The translations under genes and the position numbers were made by a program. A model generated the notes under the pieces. It saw only the letters and a list, made by a program, of their open reading frames with translations. It did not search any database and had not been told where the DNA came from. From Ptychomitrium polyphyllum (taxonomy: Eukaryota), in assembly GCA_973851085.1 (NCBI GenBank), contig OZ316776.1, forward strand, positions 12,710,001-12,774,000: a stretch of 64,000 nt of DNA, written 5' to 3'. Positions 52,047 through 63,216 of the stretch are shown piece after piece. Position 1 is the first letter of the stretch. Each line of letters opens with the position of its first letter.

Positions 52047-55000
52047 CAAGATGGAAGACAATTATTTGCGATTTTAATGATGTTATGCTCTGGACATCAC
52101 TTCCAGCAGACTTAAGGTGTGGATACTTTTCTGTCAAGCTTACGTTCGCAGTTGGTTACTAGATCACCCATTAATGATCAAGGTTTTCCAGATTATCTTC
52201 ATCGAAGCAGTGAGTTATAGTTGAATGTAGAGTTTCGTCATTACAAATAGTCCCGATAGATGGAAAGTATCAGGAGTATTGAAGTACCTTCCCTAATCGG
52301 GAACTCTACCAAATTGATGGAAGCTGGTAGTTGGAGATGAGACCATCCATGTTAAGTGCATTCTATAGCAGATGGAGCCCCAGCACTTTTGTCTGCTGTT
52401 CATGTAGTTTTACGGTCTGGTACTTGGAGTATCAATCTCAACGTCAAGACTGCGTTCTTGTGTTGGTCTAGGTTTGGCCAAGGCTTGAATTGGGTGCACG
52501 CATGAGAATTACACGTTTCTGTGGAGTGTCTCAGCGTTCACATAGTTGGTTTTTAGTAGATATCAAGTCTTGATCATCAGTCACTCGCGGTGCAATAATG
52601 TCCGGGAAGACGGGGTGAGCGAAGCAGTAAGCTAAAGCAGGTTACGAGTGGATGGACCACTGCATCTAGTGTACAATAGATCGGGATTCTAAAAGACAGC
52701 TTCGTTCAGATCTGGGTATGGCGGTGCGACTCGAGTTCCTGAATTTAGTAAGGTTTTTCTCCAATCTCTTTCAGTGTCTTTGTAATAGTGGTTAAATGAT
52801 AAGCCAGATCCGAGTGTATCTCCAACAGTATGGTGCTCTTTTGTACAGCAAGGCACTTCTGGAAAACAGTCCCGGTAATATTAAGCTAGGTCAGTGCAGA
52901 GTGCGGAGCTGAATTTAATTAGATTACCCAGTTCTACTTCATTTACAGTAAAGACATTCCATTGATGGATATGTTACACGATTGAAATACATATAACATG
53001 CTGTCGGGAAAGTTTTGTTATTCCTCTCTTTTTATTCTTCAAATGACTAGGTTCATGTTGCTGTGCTTGGTTTTCCTTTAATGATGATCATAATTGTTCA
53101 CGATCATTCTCTTGGTCTCCACACAAAGGTCGTCTCTCATCAGAAATTGGTGGTACTCTGAAGTTTTTAGTGATGCAGTTTGACGGTCGTGGTTGCTATT
53201 TAAAGTACCTTTGGTACACGTTTGAGGTGTATGAGCTTTGACCTCTGCATTGGAATCTGTTTAACAAAATCCCATGCTTGCAAAGTTTTTGGCTTCCAAA
53301 AAGAATTGCACTTATTCTATGAAATGGTGTAAGACTTTAATTGTTATGGTCGTTGATTGACTGCTTACAATTGAGTTGAGACTCACGGGAACTGAGATCT
53401 TTTCAGTTGCTTGAACCATTGGGATGACATTTCAATCGCTTGGACTCCTCCTAAGCTACACCATGTCGATCAGTTTATTCAAGCATTTTGCAGTACAACA
53501 TGGTGATATGAGTTCTGCCTAGCTAATTGTTAGGAGTGGAGTGGGTTGGTTGTCAGGTGCAGTATCTATCGAAGATACACTTCATTCATGCCGGCTCCTG
53601 CAGGGACCAGAATTCTTCAGATATCTTTCATTGAAATCTCACGAACGCTCATGTATGGCTCGCAACTATCTATTTATTCCTGACAAATACTCCTATTCCA
53701 AGTACTGGTATTAGCGAAATCAAGCACGCATTGGCATCAGCAGCCACCAAAAACAAATAGCCTAGACAGGCTTACAGCGTAGAAACTAACATGAGCTGCC
53801 CTTCATTATGAGTGCACTTCAGTCCTAGAAATTAGTACCTGACCCTCAAAACTTGCTACATGCATGGTTCCCAAAAATTGCATCAGTCAAATTGGAATAC
53901 CGAGATCTAAACAGGCCATAAACATGGCTCCTGTCAACTGGGAAGTGCCCGAGTTCACACATCCTCTGCTTGCGCATCCTGTTTTCCTCTAAAAAGTAAC
54001 CCCCTCCAATCGAGTTTTCATTGCGACTGCTACACAAATCCGTGAACTTCCTAGTCTTTACAGAGCTGATTTGTGAGAAATTGCACTACACACAAAACCC
54101 AACCATTCAAGAATCTAAATCACCTGTCTCTGGCAACAACTTGCTTAGGTCGAAACCACTTTTCTCCACTTATGCAGGAAAAATTGCATGTTCTCAACGA
54201 ATTATAAACCACAATACCATCAACTGCATCAAACGTAACTCACCTGAAGAAACCGTGCATTTGATGCTTGGACTGTGTTCATTTCTTATAGAGCCTCTCA
54301 TAGGTCTCCACAGAACAGCCAAGTGCGCAGCTGAGCGTACGGCCAATAATATTTTCGATCCTGCCAAAATCAAAGTCTTCCCCACAATCGCTCCATGTAC
54401 CCCGCCGGAACTGCAGCTGAGCATAATCTAAGTAAATCCATTTTGCATGCAGTAAAGCGCAAGAAGTGGCACCAGAATTGCATTGATACTCCAGCACAGT
54501 GCGCAGGCGAGCACACGGCTGTTATCCAACTTGCAAAGCCTATGATCACTCTCCTAAAAACTCCAACAACACTCTCTATTTCATTCTGAGTGCCGATCTC
54601 TTTAATCTCACCTCGTGTCTTCTTGCGATAACTACACAGTGGAGGTCATATGCGCAGGACCAGATGATTTCAAGGGAACTGACTGTTAGGAGAGAAGCTT
54701 GATTACCTACAGTCCCTCACAGAGCACTGCATAGAATCGCAGGCATGATTAAAACACATCAGAAACAGCTACTACTACGATCAGCAACTTTCCAATATTG
54801 CTCCCATGCGGCTCGCACCAAGCTTAACCTACAGCGCCAATGGCTCCTTGTTGTAGCCCTTCCTAGTTACAACGTCTCACTAGCAACCTATGCAAATTGG
54901 ATCTCAATCTGTTTGAAGGTGAGCTTCTTCCAGTGAAAAGACACTCTCTTTAGCTACTCATGCCACGGTCCATTCCCTGGTTAGCATTTTTCGGCTCTAG

Positions 55001-56468
55001 TAGATCTACATCTTTTTTTCTATTACAACCTCTCTTTGCCTTTCTTCCTTTGTGATTTTTTTACCTTGCTCATGTTCCTTCCTTGCCTTGTTACGGTTTG
55101 CTTCAATTTGGCCTATGACCGTTGCACTCTCCTTTGCAGCTTTCTCTCTCCTTTTCTCAAACATATTTCTTATACTGCACGTCTTCTTTTTGGGCTGCTT
55201 TGGCCTCCATAGTTTCAGTATATTCATTGTCGGTCATGAGAATGAAACTATTGTAAACAACCAATGGTTAAAGGCGATGGCAGTGTCTTTGAGCAAGGCT
55301 AATGATTCAAGGAAGTTCAAAAAGGAATTGAAAATGCTTATGTAGGGGGCTGTTGTTGTCCTTTGCATCAACAAGTTCAATCTCGTCTCATTCAAAGGCA
55401 GAAAGAAATGTTCACCAATTGGTTGCAAATCTGAGATGTGGTTTCCTTAGTGTCCTTCAAGCCTTGGCCCATCAACTCCTATGTTTAGATTGTTGTCCCT
55501 TAATATAAAACTTGTTCTTATTCAAAGTCTACTTGCTATCCATCTCTATGCTTAAAGGCTTCAATTTCAAAGCAAAATGAAAGACACATGTGCTTTTCCA
55601 TTACTCTTATAGGTAAATGCTAACAATTTTGAAGGTTTTAACTATGTTAATGAAGATATGTGCATTCTTCAGTTCTAGAGAAATCGACAACAATACATCT
55701 TCTTTATTATCTCTTTTTCCTCTTTAATGAGCTAACTATGCATTTTTGAACTTTCCAAATGATACCTTCAAAATATTGGCATTTAATAACTATAAGCAAT
55801 GATGGGTATAGCCTGGCAATTGTAAATGTAAGGTAAAAATAAAAAACACAATTAAACAGTAAAAATAAACAATAAACAAAACAATAAAATTTTAATTTTT
55901 AAAAAAGTATAAAAGCAAAAAACAAAAGTAAGGTATAAATGCGTACAATAACTAAAAAACAAAATTTGCAAACTGATAAAGTACGTGGACTGATAAAATT
56001 CATATAATGTTCAATATTCAATAGGTACACAAACAATATTTGAAATGGTTTGAAAAGGTTGCTCTTTGAAAAGACAACTTAAATTAAGTTTTCACTTCAA
56101 TCTCCTCAGGGCCTGTGACACACTGACGAATAGACAAACAGACATCGTTTTAAAAAAATTCAGTTATATATGATATGCTTTTAGAAAGCAAAGTCGTTAT
56201 AACCTCTATTATTTGTACAAATTTTTGCTGGTTTGAATAATAAAGTCATTTATAGAGAACTGGAATTTGCAAACATACACCAGTTTATGTAACCCGTAGA
56301 ACTCTGATTTATAATCTGCTTATGTTAGATGGTCAATCTGCCTAATCAAGCTTCTCTACGAAAGCATGTCCTTAACAGCATGCTCTTCACATCATAGCCA
56401 AGGAAATCTCAAATGGTTACGAGCCACGACATTCTAGAAATGGAACCTAACAAAACAAGAGGTGCCGA

Positions 56469-58959
56469 TCAGGATGATGGCCACTTCTGGGCCTCTCTCC
56501 AATCTTTGAGAGGCTCACGCACATTGACACCTTGGTCAATGCACAAGGGTGTTTTGAGAGTAGGAGCCTTCTGAGAGAAGAGAGTTTCATCACTACATCG
56601 GCAACAATCTCCGACTCCACTTTCAGTTGTTCCAGAAGGTGATTTTAACAACTTACCACGTGCAATCACGTACTGGACTTCAAGAGTTTCAGGACTCAAT
56701 ACTACGATGTCCGCATCTGCACCTGCCTCCAGTTTCCCTGTACAGAATGCACCATATGGATCACGTGACAAGAAAAGGACGCAAACCATCGATGATAGCA
56801 CATGGATTGTAGTGTCATAAACACCAAGCTACTGGTTAACGAAGTTGATTGACAGGATCAAAACTTCTTGACATGAAACTCTTGGAATATAGGATAAACT
56901 ATAGATGTTCATTTGTACTTTTACAAACGAGAGATTTTTCGTTAGGTTGTCGTTCCTGGTATATGTAAAGGTAAAGAACAGAGCCCTAGCAGCTAATCAA
57001 TCCAAAATCTTTCTGGCGAGTTGATGCATTCCAAAGAAAATTCAACCTAATTCTCAGGTATACATGTCTCACAAATGAGACATGCATACCTGAGAATTAG
57101 ACAATTTTTATTGTATCACTTGTCTAAAGGCCTTTAGATAATTTTTATTCTATCACTTCCACTAAGTTTGTGACTGCTAATTCAAGGGAACACGCACAGT
57201 ATTACCTTTTGATTTGAAAGAGAGATGGGAGGCGGGGTTGGTGGTGCTCAGTTGCAGGGCATCCTCAAGTGCCCAGTTGCCATCCAGCACAAGTTTCCGT
57301 ATAGTATTCAAATTTGATGCAGGAGATGCAACACTGTACTCAACAAGCTCTCCTTTGGAGTCAAACTTGGGCAGGGAGCCGAAAGCATCTGACGAGAGGG
57401 AGACACCCTGAAGTGCAGCATTTCCAACCCGTTTGCTCCAATCCATCAGTGCCTTAAGTGACGCTACTTCGCCTTCTTGGTCGGATGTGAAATCAACTCG
57501 CCCTCCTTTGCTCACCCACTCCTCAGCCGCCTGTGAGTTATTCTCAAAAGCTAAACTTCAGTTCTGGCATATGCTCACCACTTGACAACTAAGGAACTGC
57601 GACCGAACGAAAGTTTGAACCTGCAAACCATGCTAGGAGAAAGGAACGGTGAAGGAGAAAATCACCTTGAGGAGAGCAGGGCCGCGGCCAGAAACGTGAG
57701 TAGGAATCATGTGTGCCAGAGGAATGGCGCCCTTGCTTGCATTTACAACATCCCAAAGTGGCTGCAAGAGGGAATCTGCAGAGCCTGTGTGGAAGTGCAC
57801 AACGCCTGCCTTGCCGGATAGCATTCCTCCCACTCGGGAATCTGTTACCAAGCTCAAGAGCTCCTGTAAAGAATCAATATACAAATCTTTCAAGCTTAAA
57901 TTATACCAATTTAGGTCAAGAAATCTCAAGATAAACTTCAACCTAACTGGGAAAATAGCGTACTCCGAATGCTGATACAAGGATGGCAATAAAATATGTT
58001 GCAGGCTACAGGGTTTAGGGTTTAAGAATAGTCTAGTAAATAAAGAAACCCAGAATGTGAATATGATAGACCATGTTGATTTTCAGTCTGAACATAAACC
58101 TTGAAAGGGAGAACTTGAAGACCTGCGTAGTGGGCCAGCTGCTCCGGTGGTCACTGATGGCAATCTCGCCGGCGCCAATGACCTCATCAATGAGCTGCAA
58201 GTCGCGAATCAGCGAGCCAGTGAGAGTGGGTGAAGGCACGCGGTAGCACCCACTCCACATGTGCGCCGTGATGCCTTGACGCTGCAGGGCCGCCACTTTC
58301 ACACGCAGATTCTCAAGGCTGTACAAGCGGATGGCTCTACATCATGTAACTTACTGCCAGACGATCGAAACGAATCCATGAGCCTGAGCCTGACCGATTG
58401 TTGCTGGAGTCGGCCACTGATCAAATGCATGCCAGGCTACCAGAAACCAAGAATCAAGTCCCTCTCACACAATCAATTCCGAACATCACATTGCATCACA
58501 TCACTCGTCACAGAAGTTTCGACTGATTACACACCTCCGGGAAACGCAGTCCGTGCCAAGGACGCCGACAACAGTGGTGATTCCGGCATTCACAAGCTCC
58601 CCAACAGTCGCCTCGGGCGTGCGGCTCTCAGGCCCCATCTCTCCGCCTCCTCCCGTGACATGCACATGCATGTCGATCAATCCAGGCACCACAAAGCCAC
58701 CTCCCGCATCCACCACCCTGACAGGCAATCCCGTGAGATTCTCCACGGGGTAATCCTCCGGCAGAATCGACACTATGGAGCCCCCTCCCGTCAGCACAGA
58801 GCCCCTACCTCTAGGCGACGGCGTATACAGATGCCCATTCATAATCAACAGCATGCGACTCAATGATTCTGCCGCATCGCCAAAGCCATAGAGGAGGCAC
58901 AAGAGCAAGACGAACAAGACCTTCGCCATAGCCATCAAACCAGAAATCCCTGCGAACAT
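56469..58959 (-). CDS. iadA: Isoaspartyl dipeptidase (beta-aspartyl peptidase, amidohydrolase superfamily, IadA-like) with N-terminal signal peptide, 5 exons
   Basis: Exons 58959-58535, 58318-58123, 57863-57666, 57530-57206 and 56737-56469 splice in frame. IadA motifs: PGLIDMHVHVTGGGGEMGPESRTPE, AGITTVVGVLGTD, SGCYRVP, GEIAISDHRSS, SRVGGMLSGKAG, HFHTG, PTHV, LSSDAFGSLP, KGKLEAGADADIVV. The start could be Met at 58959 or the downstream MAMAK. Confidence 0.92.
57047..57100 (-). repeat. 25-bp inverted repeat (hairpin with 4-nt loop) in iadA intron 4
   Basis: ctaattctcaggtatacatgtctca-caaa-tgagacatgcatacctgagaattag. 24 of 25 positions pair, and the single mismatch is a G-U pair on the transcribed (-) strand. 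Confidence 0.9.
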
Positions 58960-59496
58960 GCTCTGTTGCTCGTAAAGGTCCTAACTTTTATAGAACTCCC
59001 CTCTCAGTGGTATTTTTGGAAGTTTTGGCATCTCCGAAGGCTGGGAAAACATGCTCTTCAGTTCATTCGGAAATGTTTTGAATCAGGAAACATGGAATCT
59101 GAGTTCAGCTTTCTAGAAAACCGAGAGTTTGTGAAGGCGGTTCGGAAATAGGGTGGTCAGATTTGTGGTGATAGGATGGTGTCAGATATAGGCTCTGGTG
59201 GACCCAATCTTTGGAGTGTCCATGGCCATGGACTCCCCACGTTATCTCAAATCTGCCCATGTTGTCAGAGTGCTTTCAGTCTGCAAGTTCAGGTGCTCAT
59301 AAACTAGTGCGAAATTCTGATATTTGGGTTTGCAGATCGTGATTGTGGCAGTTTCATAGTTGAGTCTGCAGTTGGATTTCGTTGTAATCTCTTGTAAGAG
59401 TAGTCGAAGAGTTAGACTGTGTGTGAGTTGAGTTCGCAGGGTAGGAATTTAGGTGGTCGGAGGCTTTGTGCTGAATTTGGGCTTCACAGTGTGGAG

Positions 59497-62400
59497 ATGG
59501 CGCGATGTGGAGTGATGATGCTCTCGCCTCCGCTGGTGCCCACGGCCACCGGCGCGGCCTTGCAGCGTGATGTCTTTGTTGTGAGCAATGTGGGATGGAG
59601 TGCCTCTCCGCTGCACGGCCTGGTTCTCAAGGGAAGCGTGATTAGGCCTGTGGGTGCGGACAACCGGCGGTGCCAACCCAGTCGAGCCAGCTCTGAAGAG
59701 AACTCGGACAATGTGAGTCCTGGGAGCTTTGTCCTCCTCGTGACACCGTAGCACGTGAGATGACGCAGCAATTTTTGCTTTTCGTAACTTTCTCTGCGCG
59801 TTGGCAACTTCTGTTTCTAACACGAACATGAATCTAAGATGCGTTGCCGAATTTTTGGCATGCTACAGCGTTCAAACTACATCGTTGTTGCGGACTTTGA
59901 GCAGCTACGTCATTCTGGTGTTTGGGATTTGAAACTAACTCGGTTACTGACAATATAATTTTTCTGTTCACAATTGGCGGATGCGATTGACTGTAATTCC
60001 TTATTCTTCAATTTGAGGATGAGGGTTAGGATTGATTGACACTATCAGGACAGTTCCCATCCAGCATTCACGCAGTATAATAACATTGGTGTTCCAAGCA
60101 CAGGGTTAGCCACTTTTTTATGTTTAGGTCTTTCCTGATGCCACAGAAGCAGCATTTTTCATATCATTCGGGAGAGACAGTGTTATATTTTGCATTATGT
60201 TCTGTATTAGCACTGTAACTTAACATAGTGAGGACCGCGTCGTCTGTGCAGGGTTCTTCAACGACATCTACAAGTGAGAAGGAGGACTTAAGCGCCAAGG
60301 TACCTTTTAGCCGCACATCCTGCTGATTGCAAGAATGAGGAGACCATAAACTCAACGTTTGATAGTCCACATTCGTGATAAATTGCGGTTTCTGAACCAT
60401 GCAGTGAAATATTGTTTAATGCAATGGTCGAAATAAGATGAGGGAAGCATAATTTTTTCGTAACATCCAGAAATGTCTGCATATGGTATTGCACCTCCAA
60501 CTTGAAGAGCTTGTGTTTCAATCTCCATAGCGAAATAGATGCTCTATTGATCTGAAAGATTTCCTTTAGTACCAAGCGTAGTATGAGGCCAGAGTAACAC
60601 GATTGAGTATTCTGTTAGGTAGTGAAGGGCCAAGGATTCAACTGTGATGTTCCAGTTGGCAGCTGCAGAGGCAGAAGCAGAGGCGCTGCGGAAGGAACTG
60701 GCTGCACGGAAGGGCAGTTCAGGTACAACTGACCTTTCAAAACTAAAACCAGCGACTCCGGAAAAGCGTATCGATGGCACAGGCTACAGAGAAACCATCT
60801 TTTCCGGTCCAGGCCGAACTACTGGTATGGAACTCTCACATCCCCCAACGATGCCCTATCTTTGCCAAAGCTTGTTTACAACTTTTGGTGGATTAAGCAC
60901 TATCTTTGCAAGTTAGTCGATTTGGAAGTGCTGGAAAGTAAATTTGGCTAAGATGATATAGCTTAACGGTTTTGATATGAAGAGTTGTTGAATCTTACAT
61001 ACTGATACAGTGTGCAGGCGAAGTAAGAGTGCGATGATTTATGCATTGATAACATGGATATGGGAACTTACTTCTGACAGGAAAACCGGAGCAGCAACCC
61101 AGTAAGTGGGGCTTGTCGGAAGCAGAGCTATTCTTATCAAAAGGTGCACCTACTGAAGGAATTGGTCTTGGAGTAGAAGCTATGGAAGCTGGTTCTCAAG
61201 ATATCATTACACGACGTCTAGTCATTGGAGTTGGAATCACCGCACTAGCTGTTGGATTGGCTTTCGTACGCCTCAATGCCTTAAGCTGCCTTCGTGCCCA
61301 TTTTCAGTGTGCACCACATCGTACCTTTAGATCATAATAGTTTTTTGTTTCGTCTCTAAGATGCTTATGGTCTTCAAAACCTGATCTTTAAGACTCAGGC
61401 TCTTGCATTTAGTGCATGCTCTGAGGTACTGTTAGTTGTGACTTAAGCTAAGCCTTTCATGATGGGTGACTGCAGCTCAAGTTTCCAACCGGAAGACCAT
61501 CAAAACCATTATTTTTGTATGTAGTTTCTATCCTTCAGCTTCAACGCACACTAAAATCAATAGAAGATTCTGTTGCAGGTTAGACTTCTCCCTGTTCCTT
61601 GTTCTATCAGCTTGATAATGTCTCAAAGGTTATGTAGTATTGCAAATAATGACTCTGAAATGCCTTCAAACTCTTCATGGCTGTTTGGTTCCAGAGGTTG
61701 AAGAACTAAAAAGTGCATTGAGAAGAGCCGGCAGACCTGAAGAAATTAAGAACTTCTTTCTAAGGTCTTTTTCATGCATTCACCTGCGAAGTCTAATATT
61801 TCAGCTGTCGTTTCTTAGATTGTTTCTGTGCAGCATTGAAAATTCGTATCCTTGTATAGAAACCACTAAACTTGAAGACCGTTTGCTCCTGCAGTGCGGC
61901 AGCATGGTTAGATGGAGAGGCTGCAGATAAGGCATCCCAACTTGCATTCGAAATATATGAATACGTCGATCAGGTACATCTTACCATGATTAAACACAGA
62001 ATGTTGTCAATTAAAGAAATTAATCTGAAGGAATAATGGTTAGCTCATCTTGGTACCAATATTCGCAGTTTGAATTCTTTATAAACAACAGGTTTGAAGC
62101 TCTTTGAATTCGAGGGGCACTGTTCTAAACTAGTGAAAAGTATGCATACAAGGAGCATAAATATTATGCTGGCTACCTTCAGATTAAATCTTCAACCTGA
62201 TCTTAATGTGTGGTGTTTTTCACTTACCTAAACATCTGCTTTTCTGGAAACAGGCGGATTACAGTAGGTATTTTGAGAATCTGGGAGAACCCAACGCTGT
62301 GCAGCAGTGAGTGTTGTGACTTCCTGGCCTTGAATAGTTCAATAGTTTTACATGCATTGGTTGGAAGTGCATGCATTAGGTCAGTCTCAAAAAAAACTGT

Positions 62401-62727
62401 GAAGATATAGCGACCATGATTGTCATCTCTCATATGTGCACTTATTGTGCAGGATGGAGTTTCTCAAGTTCGGTTTGCAGTCCGTAACGGTGAGACTAGA
62501 TCCGGTCCCTCCTGGAATCGCATGATTGTTTATTTAGAGAGATGGCATGTGCCAGATTATTTTTCATTTCACTTGAGTTATGTCCTTGAAACGTCAAAGA
62601 CAGGATACGCACTTACTCATGTATTTCACGTGAATTTGAACAGGCTGCTCGGAAAAAGGTTGATGAATTTTTGACGCTGATACCTTCGGAAGCTCTGGAT
62701 GCCGCTGCAGCTCAATTTGCCCGTTAA
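59497..62727 (+). CDS. Putative chloroplast thylakoid protein of unknown function (transit peptide, one hydrophobic segment, helical C-terminal domain), about 10 exons
   Basis: Exons read MARCGV...SRASSEENSDN, GSSTTSTSEKEDLSAK, LAAAEAEAEALRKELAARK..., ...TRRLVIGVGITALAVGLAF, LKFPTGRPSKPLFLYVVSILQLQ..., ..LRRAGRPEEIKNFFL, AAAWLDG...EYVDQ, ADYSRYFE..., MEFLKFGLQSVT and AARKKVDEFLTLIPSEALDAAAAQFAR*. GT-AG boundaries and phases are consistent. Stop at 62725-62727. Confidence 0.8.
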
Positions 62728-63154
62728 GTTTAGCTGCAGTTTTAGAGCACAACCTGTGAATGCAGGATAAGTGTAAAAGACATGATTGTCCTCGTTTGAA
62801 AACAACGACAAACTCCACATGTATATTTATGTAAGCTTGCTAATTCAAATGTGATGTAGTTTATTCCCTAGTTGCAAGTACTGCAAACCTTGAATTTTAG
62901 AGGAATACTCTCATGGAAAGAAGAAATTTTTGATACCACAAAAAAGGTGAAAGACAGGCAATTCCTATTTCATTTTGTTTAATCATTCTTGTTTTAAATC
63001 ACTTTTATTTAAAATTAAGATTAGTGGAAAGGGGCTTATGATCCACCTGGCTCGACTTTGCTTTTACGGTTAGTATGGTTTTTAGTAAAAGAAAGCAATC
63101 TATTTTACAATTCTCTAGTAGCATGGCCTTCCACTACTACTACATTAGAACATC

Positions 63155-63216
63155 TAGCTAAATAATTTGAGTATATAGAAAGTTTAGCTAAACATTTTGA
63201 GTATATAGAAAGTTTA
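63155..63216 (+). repeat. 30-bp tandem duplication in AT-rich spacer
   Basis: tagctaaataatttgagtatatagaaagtt followed by tagctaaacattttgagtatatagaaagtt. Confidence 0.85.

Noticed and set aside
53846..55428. Cluster of short ORFs, including a K/E-rich 73-aa ORF at 55006-55227, between the 5PTase and iadA
   Set aside because: I could not assemble a coherent spliced gene or recognise a family. It may be a decayed gene or TE and needs a BLASTX search.
58011..58026. Telomere-like GGGTTTAGGGTTTA in iadA intron 2
   Set aside because: Only about two units. Such motifs are common in plant genomes and uninformative.
58261..58866. 201-aa ORF antisense to iadA
   Set aside because: Shadow ORF of GC-rich coding exons, with no motif.
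56469..58959. Bacterial contamination as the source of iadA
   Set aside because: Four canonical GT-AG introns with consistent phases, and continuity with plant genes on both sides.
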